DNA of 64,000 bases from Alphaproteobacteria bacterium (GTDB lineage: Bacteria > Pseudomonadota > Alphaproteobacteria > UBA828): the NCBI GenBank assembly GCA_965220745.1, contig CBDCQT010000013.1, forward strand, positions 1 to 64,000. Direction: 5' to 3'. How positions within the stretch are numbered: the stretch's first letter is position 1; every line of letters begins with the position of its first letter. This document shows positions 1 through 13,900 of the stretch, piece after piece. A program made the translations under genes and the position numbers. Under the pieces are notes generated by a model. That model did no database searches. It was not told the origin of the DNA and saw only the letters and a list, made by a program, of their open reading frames with translations.

Positions 1-75
1 GGCTTCGACCCGCTGCTCGGCCGCGCCGCCGTGGTTATGCGCCACGATCCGCAGACCTCGCCGGGGTTGTTTTGA
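1..75 (+). CDS. C-terminal end of phage tail protein, DUF1833-like (partial)
   Basis: Frame 1 reads GFDPLLGRAAVVMRHDPQTSPGLF*. A terminal PGLF directly before an NlpC/P60 tail gene is typical of DUF1833 proteins. Confidence 0.6.
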   Translation, partial: GFDPLLGRAAVVMRHDPQTSPGLF

Positions 76-164
76 GCACGGCCGCCGCACGTCTTTGGAT
101 CACCGGCGCCGGGCCGCAGGCGCGGAGCCAAGCGAGCGGAGCGAGCGCCCGGCGATTGAGGGAA

Positions 165-623
165 ATGAATAAACCACACTGGGCCGAGGCCTACATCGGG
201 CGGCCTTGGGTTGCCGGCGAGCACGACTGCGCGGACTTCGTGGTGGCGGTGCTGCGCGAGCAATTCGGCCTGGCCCTCGCGCTCCCGGCGCACGAACCTG
301 ACGACGGCGCGCGTGGCCGCGCGACGAGCGTGCGCGCGTGGGACCGGCAGATCGCCGCGATGCGGGCCGACTATGCCGCGCCGACGGACGCGCCGCAGGA
401 CGGCGACGGCGTGCTCATGATGGCGCGCGGGGCGCGGCGGCTCCGCCGCTATCACCTCGGGCTCTGGGCCGACGTGGGCGGCGAGGCGCACGTGCTGCAT
501 TGCCAGGAGGCGGCCGGCTCGATCCTGCATCCCATCCGCGACCTCGCGCTGCGCGCGCTTGAGTTGGAGGGGATTTATCGGTGGCTTCCGCCCTCAAGTA
601 GCGAAGCGATAGGGCGGACATGA
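165..623 (+). CDS. Phage tail assembly NlpC/P60 (C40 peptidase) protein
   Basis: YIGRPW...HDCADF...HLGL...VLH motifs; lies between DUF1833-like and tail-tip genes; ATG 165 follows GAGGGA. Confidence 0.8.
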   Translation: MNKPHWAEAYIGRPWVAGEHDCADFVVAVLREQFGLALALPAHEPDDGARGRATSVRAWDRQIAAMRADYAAPTDAPQDGDGVLMMARGARRLRRYHLGLWADVGGEAHVLHCQEAAGSILHPIRDLALRALELEGIYRWLPPSSSEAIGRT

Positions 624-3600
624 AGTTCCTTCAGTCGCCGGGCGCGGACTCTTCTAGCGCGCTACCGCTTCGCTGCTTGAGCGCGCCCACGGTCACCGCC
701 GACATATGGCCGCACCCGCTCACGGCGGAAGGCCGCGAGACGCACCCGGCCGTGGTGCCGCCGGGCGCCACCCTCGCCGATCTGATCGCGGATGCGTTTC
801 CCGGCGCACCTATAATCGCCTATATCGACGGCCGGCCGGTGCCGCGCGCGGCGTGGTCCAGCACCCGGCTCGGCGACGGGCAGATCGTGACCCTGCGCGC
901 CACCGCCGGCGATGGCGGCGACAAGAACCCACTGCGCATCCTGCTCCAGCTCGCCGTGATCGTCGCCTCCGTCTTCGTGCCGCCGCTGATTACCTCAAGC
1001 CTGCTCGGCCAGGCCGCGATCGGCGCCGCCATCTCGATCGTCGGCGGCCTCATCGTCAACGCCCTCGCGCCGCTGCCCACGCCCGACCAGGCGCAGGCCG
1101 CGCGCGCCGAGCCGATCTACAGCCTCACCGGCGGCGCCAACCGCGCGCGCCCCTACGAGCCCCTGCTCCTGGTGCTCGGCGAGCACCGCGTCTTTCCCGA
1201 TCTCGGCGCGGCCGAATACACCGAGATCGTCGGCGACGATCAGTTCCTGCACCAGATATTCAACTTCGGCCTCGGCGCGCTCGACGTGGACGAGCTCGAG
1301 ATCGGCGACACGCCGCTCGACGCCTTCGAGGAGGTGCAAACCGAGTTCGGCGACGCGCAAGGCCGCATCGCCCTGGTCGCCGGCAACGTGGACACCGAGG
1401 CCGGCGCCGCCCTCGACGACACCGCCTTCGTCGAGCGCGCCACCGCCCCCGGCACGCACCGCATCGGAATCGACCTTGGCGGGCGCCTCTTTCGCGTGAA
1501 CGAGCGCGACGGCGCGATTCAGGGCCATAGCGTCGATATCGTGATCGAGTGGGAAGCGCCGGGCCTGGCGGTCGAGCGGCGCACGCTCACGCTCACGCAC
1601 GATCGCCAGACCCTGCTCAGGCGCACCCTCGCCTATGACCTGGGCAGCGCCCGCGACTGGACCGTGCGCGTGCGCCGCACGAGCGACCCCAGCACCGACG
1701 AGCGCACCTTCGACGATCTCGCCTGGACGGCGTTGCGCTCCTACCAGCCGGACGCGGCCGACTATGAGGGGCAGACCCGGCTCGGCGTGCGCATCCGCGC
1801 CTCCGGGCAGCTCACCGGCCGCCTCGATCGCCTTTCCGCCATCGTGCGCCAAAGGGTGCCGACGTGGGATGGTGTGCGCTGGACCGCGCCGCTGCCCTCG
1901 TCCAATCCGGCTTACCTGTTCCGCTGGTATGCGCGGGGCGTGCGCATCGCCGGCCGCCTGGCCGCCGGCCTCGGCCTCGCGCCCGGCCGGATCGACGACG
2001 AGGCCCTGATCGAATGGGGCGCCTGGTGCCAGGCGCAAGGGCTGCGCTGCGACTTCGTGCTCGACCGCGCGCTTTCCCACGCCGAGGTGCTGACCCTGAT
2101 CGCCCGCTGCGGGCGCGCTGCCGTGACCTGGCAGACCGGCAGGCTCGGCGTGATCTGGGATCAGGCCGGGCGGCCTGCGACGGCGCTGGTGACGCCGGGC
2201 AACATCGTCGCCGGCTCGTTCCGCGTGGAGTACGCCACCGGCCAGGCGGCCGAGGAGGTCGCGGTGCGCTATATCGAGCCCGATCTCGACTGGCAGTACA
2301 ACACGCTCAGGCGCACCGTACCGAACGTGGGCGCGCATCCCGCGTCCACGGCGACGATCACGCTCTTGGGCGTCACCGATCGCGCGCAGGCGGCGATGGC
2401 CTGCAACCTCCAGGCCGCCCGCCAGGTCTACCACCGCCGCCGGCTCACATGGGAGATGGCGGCCGAGGGGCTTTCGCTCGCGCGCGGCGACGTGGTGACG
2501 ATCACGCATTCGCTGATCGACGGCGGCGCCGCCGGCCGCCTCACCGGGGGCAGCGCCGATCGCGTCCGCCTCGACCGCGCGGTCGATCTCGGCACCGGCA
2601 CGGGCGCGCAATTGCTCCTACGCCTGCTCGACGACGGCACGGTGCATCAATCGGCGGTCTCGCGCCCGCCGGGAGTCGCGCCGGAAGGCGCGCCGGGGTC
2701 AGAAGCCGGCGACATGGCCGAGCTGGTGCTGGCGACGCCCTTGCCGGTCGCGCCCGCCGCCGACGGTGCGAATGCGCGCGATATCCTGTGGCGGCTCTAC
2801 GACGACACGCTGCCGCCGGCGCGCGCGCGCATCATCGCCGTGCGTCCGAGCGGCGACCGGCACGTCCGCTTCGTCGCGATCGACGAGGTGGCGGCCTACT
2901 ACGATGCCGCCACCGCCGATCTCTCGGCGCCCTTCCCGGACCCGACCCCGCGCCCGCCCCGCGTCCTCGATATCGCTCTCGCCGAGACCCTGGTGCGCGT
3001 CGGCGCGGGCTTCGCGGTCGAGATCGAGGCGGCGCTCACGGTCGCCGGCGACTGGCGCGGCGGCGTGGTGCGCGCTTCCGTGAACGGCGAGCCGCCGCGC
3101 ACCGTGGCCCGCCTGGTCGACGGCGCGACGGCGGCCTATTGGCTGGCGCCGCCCACCGGCTCGCTCACCGTCACCGTCACGCCCGGCACCGAGGCCGCGC
3201 CGTCCGGCCCGCCCTACAGCGTCACCCATGAGATCGTGGGCTCCCTCGCACCGCCCGGCACGCCCACCAACTTCCTGATCGACGTGCTCGGCGACGGCAC
3301 CCGGCGCCTGCGCTGGACCCCGCCGGACGATATCGACCTCGCCGGCGTGCTGATCCGCTTCGCCCCGGCCAGCGCCGGCGCTCGGGTCGCGTCGGGCGGA
3401 ACGCCCGCGGTACCGACTTGGCAGGCCATGATGCCCTTGCACCGGGGCCACCTCACCGCATCTCCGCTTGAGACCGTCGAGCCGCCGCCGGGCGAGTGGA
3501 TATTCTCGGCCCGCGCGATCGACGCGGGCGGGCGGCTTTCCGACGAGGTGCGCATCCTGGCCGAGCTCGGCCCGCAGCGGCTCGGCGACGCCCTGCTCTG

Positions 3601-4273
3601 GCGCTGCCCCGCCGCCACCGGCTGGCCTGGCACCATCGCCGGCGCCGGCCGCTCGCAAGACGGCGCCGACGCGCTTGAGGGCATCGGCGACTACACCTGG
3701 GCCGATCTCACCACCTGGGCCGACTGGCAGTCGTGGGGCGCCGGCAATGGCGCGGACGCGGGAACGGAGTTGATCTACACCGAAGACCCGATCGACCTCG
3801 GCGGCCCCTTCGACGTGGCGCTGCGCTGGTCCGGCGAGACCGTGGGCGATCGCGTCTTCGAGGTCCGCACCGGCGCGACGGAGGCCGCGCTCCGGGCTGC
3901 CGCGTGGGCGGCTTATCCCGCCGGCACCACCGTCGCCGCGCGCTGGTTGCAGGTGCGCTGGCGGATCACCGGCGACGGCTCGATCGTGCTCAGCCTCGAT
4001 CACGTGTGCTGGTCGGTGCACGCGCCGGCGGCCGAGCGCAAGCTGCTCGACCGCGACACGGCAGACTGGCAGGGCACGGCGGCGGACGGGCGCATCGTGC
4101 CGCACGATCTCGGCCTCGTGACCGACCTCGACATCACCCTGCAATCGGTGGGCGCCGGCTGGACCTGGACCCTCGTCTCGAAGAACAACCCGACGCGCAT
4201 CCGCATCTATGACGGCGCCGGCAACCCGGCCGACGCCGTGGTCGATGTCGTCGTGCGCGGCGTCGAAGCATAG
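620..4273 (+). CDS. Phage tail tip / host-specificity protein (lambda gpI/gpJ, TipJ-like)
   Basis: 1217 aa; N-terminal hydrophobic gpI-like segment, GGANRARPYEP, SNPAY, C-terminal fibronectin-III-like stretches. Confidence 0.85.
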   Translation: MKFLQSPGADSSSALPLRCLSAPTVTADIWPHPLTAEGRETHPAVVPPGATLADLIADAFPGAPIIAYIDGRPVPRAAWSSTRLGDGQIVTLRATAGDGGDKNPLRILLQLAVIVASVFVPPLITSSLLGQAAIGAAISIVGGLIVNALAPLPTPDQAQAARAEPIYSLTGGANRARPYEPLLLVLGEHRVFPDLGAAEYTEIVGDDQFLHQIFNFGLGALDVDELEIGDTPLDAFEEVQTEFGDAQGRIALVAGNVDTEAGAALDDTAFVERATAPGTHRIGIDLGGRLFRVNERDGAIQGHSVDIVIEWEAPGLAVERRTLTLTHDRQTLLRRTLAYDLGSARDWTVRVRRTSDPSTDERTFDDLAWTALRSYQPDAADYEGQTRLGVRIRASGQLTGRLDRLSAIVRQRVPTWDGVRWTAPLPSSNPAYLFRWYARGVRIAGRLAAGLGLAPGRIDDEALIEWGAWCQAQGLRCDFVLDRALSHAEVLTLIARCGRAAVTWQTGRLGVIWDQAGRPATALVTPGNIVAGSFRVEYATGQAAEEVAVRYIEPDLDWQYNTLRRTVPNVGAHPASTATITLLGVTDRAQAAMACNLQAARQVYHRRRLTWEMAAEGLSLARGDVVTITHSLIDGGAAGRLTGGSADRVRLDRAVDLGTGTGAQLLLRLLDDGTVHQSAVSRPPGVAPEGAPGSEAGDMAELVLATPLPVAPAADGANARDILWRLYDDTLPPARARIIAVRPSGDRHVRFVAIDEVAAYYDAATADLSAPFPDPTPRPPRVLDIALAETLVRVGAGFAVEIEAALTVAGDWRGGVVRASVNGEPPRTVARLVDGATAAYWLAPPTGSLTVTVTPGTEAAPSGPPYSVTHEIVGSLAPPGTPTNFLIDVLGDGTRRLRWTPPDDIDLAGVLIRFAPASAGARVASGGTPAVPTWQAMMPLHRGHLTASPLETVEPPPGEWIFSARAIDAGGRLSDEVRILAELGPQRLGDALLWRCPAATGWPGTIAGAGRSQDGADALEGIGDYTWADLTTWADWQSWGAGNGADAGTELIYTEDPIDLGGPFDVALRWSGETVGDRVFEVRTGATEAALRAAAWAAYPAGTTVAARWLQVRWRITGDGSIVLSLDHVCWSVHAPAAERKLLDRDTADWQGTAADGRIVPHDLGLVTDLDITLQSVGAGWTWTLVSKNNPTRIRIYDGAGNPADAVVDVVVRGVEA

Positions 4274-4284
4274 GAGCGGAAGCC

Positions 4285-5046
4285 ATGCCCTGGCCCCCGG
4301 ACGATATCTCGACCGCCGGCGTCAACTCGGATCAGGACCGCCCGCCGCGCGCCGAATTCTTCAAGGTGTTCCAGCACATCAGGACCATCATTCAGGCGCG
4401 CGGCAACGTCGATGGCGTGGCCGCGCTCGATTCCCGCCGCCGCGTGCCGGATTCCGAGCTCGGCCGGGGCGTCGCGGGCGGCGTCGCCTCGCTCGACGGC
4501 TCCGGCCGCGTGCCGAGCGCGCAGCTTCCGCCGCAACCGGCGCCGGTGGCCGGCGTGCCGCCCGGCACGATCATGTTGAACGCCGGCGCGAGCTCGCCCA
4601 GCGGCTGGTTCCGGTGCACCGGCAGCGCCATCAGCCGCACCACCTTCGCCAATCTGTTCGCCGCCATCGGCACCCGCTACGGTACCGGCGACGGCGTGAC
4701 CACGTTCAACATTCCCGACCTGCGCGACCGCTTCGTGCTTTCGTCCGGCAATGTCTATGCCTTTGGCGATACCGGCGGCGCGGCCGAGCACACGCTCACG
4801 GTCGACGAGCTGCCCGAGCACTTCCACCACCTCGCGGCCGACGAGAATGTCGACATTGGCCCCCTGGTGACGGCAACCGAGCAGGTTGCCGCCGACTACT
4901 CGCCGCAAACCGCCTTCGATGAGAAATACAGCCTCCAGGGCAGCGCCATGGACGCCACCCTCGGCCGCAGCGCCGCCGTGGGCGGCGGGCAGGCCCACGA
5001 CAACATGCCACCCTATATCGTGCTCCACTACATCATCAGGACGTGA
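4285..5046 (+). CDS. Phage tail fibre protein with tail-collar domain
   Basis: PPGTIM..GWFRCTGSAISRTTFANLFAAIGTRYGTGDGVTTFNIPDLRDRF collar motif; ends HDNMPPYIVLHYII. Confidence 0.9.
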   Translation: MPWPPDDISTAGVNSDQDRPPRAEFFKVFQHIRTIIQARGNVDGVAALDSRRRVPDSELGRGVAGGVASLDGSGRVPSAQLPPQPAPVAGVPPGTIMLNAGASSPSGWFRCTGSAISRTTFANLFAAIGTRYGTGDGVTTFNIPDLRDRFVLSSGNVYAFGDTGGAAEHTLTVDELPEHFHHLAADENVDIGPLVTATEQVAADYSPQTAFDEKYSLQGSAMDATLGRSAAVGGGQAHDNMPPYIVLHYIIRT

Positions 5047-5067
5047 GCGGCGCAGGCGGGCTAGCGT

Positions 5068-5454
5068 TCAGGCCACGGCGACGGCGTCGATCTCCACCTT
5101 CCATTCGGGCCGCACCAGGCCGGCCACGACGATGGTGCTCGATGCGGCCTTATGGTCGGCGCCCAGGTGCTGCTTTCTCGCGGCAGCGAGCAGCGGCACG
5201 TAGTCGGCGTCGAGCATGTAGGTGATGGTGCGCACGATGTTGCCGGTGGTCATGCCCGCGTCGGCGAGCACGGCCTCGATGTTGCGCCAGACGCACTCGA
5301 TCTGCGCCGCCACGTCGTCGGGCACGGTGCCGTCCGGCTCGACACCGATCTGACCCGAGACGTGCAGCAGGCGCGATACGTTGACGGCCTCGACGCCGTG
5401 GTCGTAGTGGCCGAAGGGCGGCGCGATATCGGACGGGTTGTACGTCTTCAACAC
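5068..5454 (-). CDS. RidA/YjgF family protein
   Basis: APPFGHY, SGQIG, VEIDAVA motifs; GTG start after GGAGG. Confidence 0.85.
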   Translation of the reverse strand: MLKTYNPSDIAPPFGHYDHGVEAVNVSRLLHVSGQIGVEPDGTVPDDVAAQIECVWRNIEAVLADAGMTTGNIVRTITYMLDADYVPLLAAARKQHLGADHKAASSTIVVAGLVRPEWKVEIDAVAVA

Positions 5455-5479
5455 GGTGACCTCCTGTTGCAAGTCGGGG

Positions 5480-6130
5480 CTACTTGTCCGCTTCCTTCAA
5501 GGCCGCGATGACCTCGTCCGGCTCGGCCCGCCTGGTGTAGTCCGCATCGACGAAGGCCTTGAGCACCTTGCCGCCCTTGCCGATGACGAAAGTCGCGGGC
5601 ACCGGCAGGGTCTGGCTCGCCTCGCCGTTGGAAGTCTCCAGGTCGATGCCGAACCCCTTGTAGAGGTCGTTGACCTGATCCGGCAGGCGGAAGGTGAGGC
5701 CGAAGGCGCTCGCCACCTTGTTGCCATCGTCGCTCAGCACCTCGAAGCCGATCTCGTTCTTTTCTTGGGTGGTGAGTGCATTGTCCGGCGTCTCCGGAGA
5801 GATGGCGACCAGGCGCGCGCCGAGCGCCTCGATCTCCGGCAGCCGATCCTGCAGCGCCTTCAGCTCGATGTTGCAATAGGGGCACCAGCCGCCGCGATAG
5901 AAGGAGACCACGACGGGCCCGTCCCCCCACAGCGCCTCGGAGGCCACCGGCTCACCCTGGGCGTTGGGCAGCGCGAAATCCGGGGCGGCGCTGCCCTCTT
6001 TGGCGCTCTGCTCGGCAATGCCGGAGGCGATGAGGTCTTTCGTGGCCCCCTGCATGGTGGCGAGGGTCTCAGGTGGAAACCTCTCCACGGAAGCAGCCCG
6101 CAGCTTGTCCAACTCGTCCTTCAGTGACAT
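5480..6130 (-). CDS. AhpC/TSA peroxiredoxin-like protein
   Basis: APDFALP, FYRGGWCPYC, LPVPATFVI motifs. Confidence 0.9.
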   Translation of the reverse strand: MSLKDELDKLRAASVERFPPETLATMQGATKDLIASGIAEQSAKEGSAAPDFALPNAQGEPVASEALWGDGPVVVSFYRGGWCPYCNIELKALQDRLPEIEALGARLVAISPETPDNALTTQEKNEIGFEVLSDDGNKVASAFGLTFRLPDQVNDLYKGFGIDLETSNGEASQTLPVPATFVIGKGGKVLKAFVDADYTRRAEPDEVIAALKEADK

Positions 6131-6391
6131 GTGCTCGATCTCCCTCGAATTCCCTTTCGATGCATGGCTTTGTCAGGGCCCCTTCAAGCAGCAATTCGGC
6201 GCAGGAGTCCAGAGTCCGATGGAGCAGGCGGCACCCTGCCGCCGGCGCCGCGCGCGGTTGCACGGGTCGGGTGAGTGTGATACCACTCCCCGGCCTTGTC
6301 CGGGACGGGCGCCCGCGAGGCTTTTTTTGCGGCCGCGCCGCAGGCGGTAACGCGCGCCGCGGCGTATCCGAAGCGAACCTAGGGAGTAGCG

Positions 6392-6949
6392 GTGGCTGGT
6401 CAATCGGTCGGCGGAGCCGGTCTCGCGGATCGTTACGCGACCGCGTTGTTCGAGCTTGCCCTGGAGCGCAACGCGATCGAGGAGATCGAGCGCGACCTCG
6501 ACGCCATCCGCGAGCTGGTGGACGGCAGCGACGACTTGAAGCGCGTCGTCCGCAGCCTGACGCTCTCCCGCGCCGAGCAGGCCAAGGCGCTGGATGCGGT
6601 GCTGGAGCGGCTCGGAACCAGTCAGTACGTCCGGAACTTCGTCGCGCTGCTCGCGCGCAACCGGCGGGTTTTCCTGCTGACCGACATGATCGCGGCGTTT
6701 CAGGCGAAGCTCTCCGACCACCGCGGCGAGGTGTCGGCGGAAGTGACTTCCGCCGTGCCGCTCAAGCCCAATCATCTGGATGCGGTCAGGGACGCTCTCC
6801 GCACCATCGTCGGCCGCGACGTGGCGCTCGAGACCCGCGTCGATCCTTCGCTGATCGGCGGGCTCACGGTGCGCGTCGGCTCGCGCATGCTCGACAACTC
6901 GCTCAGGACAAAGTTGCAGAATCTCGAATTGGCGATGAAGGGAATCTGA
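6392..6949 (+). CDS. atpH: ATP synthase F1 delta subunit
   Basis: [23 protein letters not shown]; first gene of the F1 operon. Confidence 0.95.
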   Translation: MAGQSVGGAGLADRYATALFELALERNAIEEIERDLDAIRELVDGSDDLKRVVRSLTLSRAEQAKALDAVLERLGTSQYVRNFVALLARNRRVFLLTDMIAAFQAKLSDHRGEVSAEVTSAVPLKPNHLDAVRDALRTIVGRDVALETRVDPSLIGGLTVRVGSRMLDNSLRTKLQNLELAMKGI

Positions 6950-6950
6950 G

Positions 6951-10871
<3,921 letters not shown>

Positions 10872-10898
10872 GCAAGCCCGAGAGCCCGAGGAACGGCC

Positions 10899-11300
10899 AT
10901 GGCCGACACCCTGCAGTTCGAGCTCGTCGCTCCGGAGCGGCTGATCTTCTCCGGCGACGTCGAGATGGTGGTGGTGCCGGGCGCCGAAGGCGACTTCGGC
11001 GTGCTGCCGGGCCACTCGCTGCTGCTCTCCACGCTCCGGCCCGGCGTGATCGAGATCTACGAGAACGAGAAGCCCAAGGACCGCTACGTGGTCGCCGAGG
11101 GCTTCGCCGAGGTGACGGGCGAGCGCTGCACGGTGCTTTCCACCGAGGCCTTCGAGGCCGGCGCCATCGACCGCGCCCAGGCCGACGCGCGGCTGGAGCA
11201 GGCGCAACTGCGTCTGCGCGATGCCGAGGGCGACGAGGAACGCGAGAAGTTCGAGCGCGAGGTCGAGCTCGCGGAGCTTCTGGCCGCCAACGCCGGCTGA
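10899..11300 (+). CDS. atpC: ATP synthase F1 epsilon subunit
   Basis: LVAPE, GDFGVLPGH; last gene of the operon. Confidence 0.97.
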   Translation: MADTLQFELVAPERLIFSGDVEMVVVPGAEGDFGVLPGHSLLLSTLRPGVIEIYENEKPKDRYVVAEGFAEVTGERCTVLSTEAFEAGAIDRAQADARLEQAQLRLRDAEGDEEREKFEREVELAELLAANAG

Positions 11301-11445
11301 GCCGCCCGAGGCGTAGTATCCGGCACGCGCGAGGCGCGATTTTGCAAAACGAAGCCAATTTCGCGTAACGTATTGTTTTACAACACATAACTGCGAGTTT
11401 ACCGATTCTGGTGCGCGGGCCGTCGGGTCCCGAGGAGATTGGGCC

Positions 11446-12375
11446 ATGCCCAGGACCGTCTCAATCGCGGCGTGCCAGTTCGTTGTCAGGCCGGTCGGCA
11501 GCTTCGACGAATTCGCCGCTCACGCACGGGGGCTGCTGGACCAGGCAGACGGTGCCGACCTCGTCCTGTTCCCGGAGCTCTTCACTATCGAGCTGTTCAC
11601 GACCTTTCCGGACTGGATGGATCTGCCGGTCTCCGAACTCACCCGCATTCATGAGTACGGGAACACGAATTACACCGAGGACTATCGCCGGCTCTTCGAA
11701 AGCGAGGCCAGGGAGCGGGGGCAGCACATCGTCGCCGGCTCTCACCTGGAAAGGAAGGACGGCAGATATCTCAACGTCGCCTATCTCTACGGCCCCGACG
11801 GACTCGTTCACGTCCACGACAAGACGCATATCTTTCCGGCCGAAGCGCAGTGGTCGACCGAGGAGGGGGACACGATCGAGATGGTCGAACTCCCCTTCGC
11901 CAAGGTGGGTTTCAACGTGTGTTACGAAGCCGAGATTCCGGAATGCGCTGCGAGCCTCGCCGAGCAGGGCGCCGAGATCATCCTGTGCCCGTCGCTCACC
12001 TTCACGGAGCACGGCTTCTGGCGTGTCCGCCACTCAGCCCAGGCGCGCGCGATCGAGAACCAGGTGTACGTCGTCCATTGTGGCGGCAGTGCCGTGCTCC
12101 CGCCGGGTGGGCCGCTGCCGTCCCCTTGGGGGCGTAGCTCGATCCTGAGCCCCTGCGATACGCCGTGGGAGGCCCCGAACGGCGTCGTCGCGGAATCACC
12201 GGAGCCCAACGTCGAGACCGTGGTGCGCGGCGTGGTCGACCTCGACAGGATCCACGCAAATCGCGAGAACGGCGCCGCACCGACCTTCCGGGACCGCCGC
12301 CGGCGCTCGGACCTCTACCGGGAGTGGCCCAGCCACACCAAGCACGCGGCGGACAAAGCGCGGCTCAACGGCTAG
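11446..12375 (+). CDS. Carbon-nitrogen hydrolase (nitrilase superfamily)
   Basis: Glu-Lys-Cys triad contexts FPELF, HDKTH, VCYE; ARAIENQ. Confidence 0.9.
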   Translation: MPRTVSIAACQFVVRPVGSFDEFAAHARGLLDQADGADLVLFPELFTIELFTTFPDWMDLPVSELTRIHEYGNTNYTEDYRRLFESEARERGQHIVAGSHLERKDGRYLNVAYLYGPDGLVHVHDKTHIFPAEAQWSTEEGDTIEMVELPFAKVGFNVCYEAEIPECAASLAEQGAEIILCPSLTFTEHGFWRVRHSAQARAIENQVYVVHCGGSAVLPPGGPLPSPWGRSSILSPCDTPWEAPNGVVAESPEPNVETVVRGVVDLDRIHANRENGAAPTFRDRRRRSDLYREWPSHTKHAADKARLNG

Positions 12376-12383
12376 CCCACATC

Positions 12384-12397
12384 TCTCACCAGGGTCA
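12384..12397 (+). repeat. Left copy of 14-bp direct repeat TCTCACCAGGGTCA (candidate att core)
   Basis: Identical to 28415-28428; begins 9 bp after the nitrilase stop. Confidence 0.6.
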
Positions 12398-12573
12398 TGG
12401 TCTGCGCGGCGCTGTCCGGCCCACAGAGCAGGAAAGCCGCGAAGCGCGATGTGGTGCATCGGGCGAGACCGTATGTCCTTCTGGTCCGGCTGGTGCGGGG
12501 CGGTTCGCCCTACACTGGCTGATCTCAACGAGGGTTGCTCAGTGAGCAGGGCCTCAAGCCAGGAGGGCGAACC

Positions 12574-13686
12574 ATGGTCGACTATAGCGAGGTTTTCATC
12601 GGATTGGACGTGTCGAAGGACAGCCACGCCGTCGCGGTGGCGGAAGGCGGACGCGATGGTGAGGTCAGGTATTTCGGCGAGATCGCCTCGGATGCGGCTG
12701 CCGTCCGTCGTTTCGTGCGCAAGCTCGAGCGGCCAGGCGCACGGCTGCACTTCTGCTACGAGGCCGGCCCGACGGGCTACGGGCTGAAGCGTCTGATCGA
12801 GGGGCTCGGACACGACTGCGCCGTCATCGCACCGTCCCTGATCCCGCGCCGGCCCGGTGAGCGGGTGAAGACGAACCGCCGCGACGCCGTGAAGCTGGTA
12901 CGCCTGTTCCGGGCCGGCGAGCTGACCGAGATCTGGACACCGGACGAGGCCCATGAAGCGATGCGCGATCTCGTGCGCGCCCGCGAGGCGGCGGTGAGAG
13001 ACCGCACCCGCAAGCGCCAGGAGATCCGCTCCTTCCTGCTGCGTCATGGCAGGGTCTACGCTGGCAAGAAGGCGTGGGGCCCCAGGCACATGGCCTGGCT
13101 CCACGAGCTCAGCTTCGACTGGCCCGCCCAGAAAGTCGTGCTGCACGAGATGATCGCGGCCGAGAGACAGGAGCGCGAGCGCGTCGCGCGGCTGGAAGGA
13201 GCGATCGAAGACGCCCTGCTCGACTGGCCGCTGGCTCAAGCGGTGGACCGCCTTCAGGCGCTGCGCGGGGTCGGCCTGATTACGGCGGTCACTTTCATGG
13301 TGGAGGTCGGCGACATCCGTCGCTTCGAGCATCCTCGGCGGCTGATGGCTTATCTCGGCCTCGTGCCCTGTGAGCGCTCGACGGGCGAGAGCGTTCGGCG
13401 CGGCGGCATCACCAGGGCCGGCAACGCACGGGTGCGCCACGTGTTGGCGGAGAGCGCCTGGGCCTACCGCCATCCTGCGGCGGTGGGAAGGAAGAAATAC
13501 TTCGCGACGAGACATCTGCCGCAGGACGTCCAGGAGGTGGCATGGAAAGCACAGGCGCGCCTGACCAGGCGCTACCGCGCGCTGTGCGCACGAGGAAAGC
13601 GCAGCACGGTCGCGGTCACCGCCGTGGCCCGTGAGCTGGTCGGCTTCATGTGGGCGATCGCGCGCATGGAGCCTGCGGCGAACTGA
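12574..13686 (+). CDS. IS110 family transposase (DEDD recombinase)
   Basis: IGLDVSK, CYEAGPTG, KTNRRDA, AYLGLVP..STG, GITRAGN, AVARELV. Confidence 0.95.
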   Translation: MVDYSEVFIGLDVSKDSHAVAVAEGGRDGEVRYFGEIASDAAAVRRFVRKLERPGARLHFCYEAGPTGYGLKRLIEGLGHDCAVIAPSLIPRRPGERVKTNRRDAVKLVRLFRAGELTEIWTPDEAHEAMRDLVRAREAAVRDRTRKRQEIRSFLLRHGRVYAGKKAWGPRHMAWLHELSFDWPAQKVVLHEMIAAERQERERVARLEGAIEDALLDWPLAQAVDRLQALRGVGLITAVTFMVEVGDIRRFEHPRRLMAYLGLVPCERSTGESVRRGGITRAGNARVRHVLAESAWAYRHPAAVGRKKYFATRHLPQDVQEVAWKAQARLTRRYRALCARGKRSTVAVTAVARELVGFMWAIARMEPAAN

Positions 13687-13699
13687 TCCGAGGGAGAGC

Positions 13700-13900
13700 G
13701 ATCGCCCATAGCGCGCATAGCGGCGGGGACGCGGCAACGACGGGGGAACTCCCGACGACGCTTTGTGGCCGGCATCGCCGACGCCCGATGCGAGACAGGA
13801 CCAGCCCCGGACGCAGACACGGACATGCGGTCTCGACCCGCGCATCAGAGCTTGTTCACCAACGTCCTGGGCCGCGTTCCCACCGCTATGCGCGCGACTT
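13700..13900 (+). ncRNA. Putative IS110/IS1111 guide RNA (seek/bridge RNA) region
   Basis: GCGCGCATAGCGGCGGGGACGCGGC (~13710) can pair with GCCGCGTTCCCACCGCTATGCGCGC (~13871-13895); lies downstream of the transposase. Confidence 0.55.

Noticed and set aside
4285-5046. Diversity-generating retroelement or invertible tail-fibre system
   Set aside because: No reverse transcriptase, template repeat or invertase is visible.
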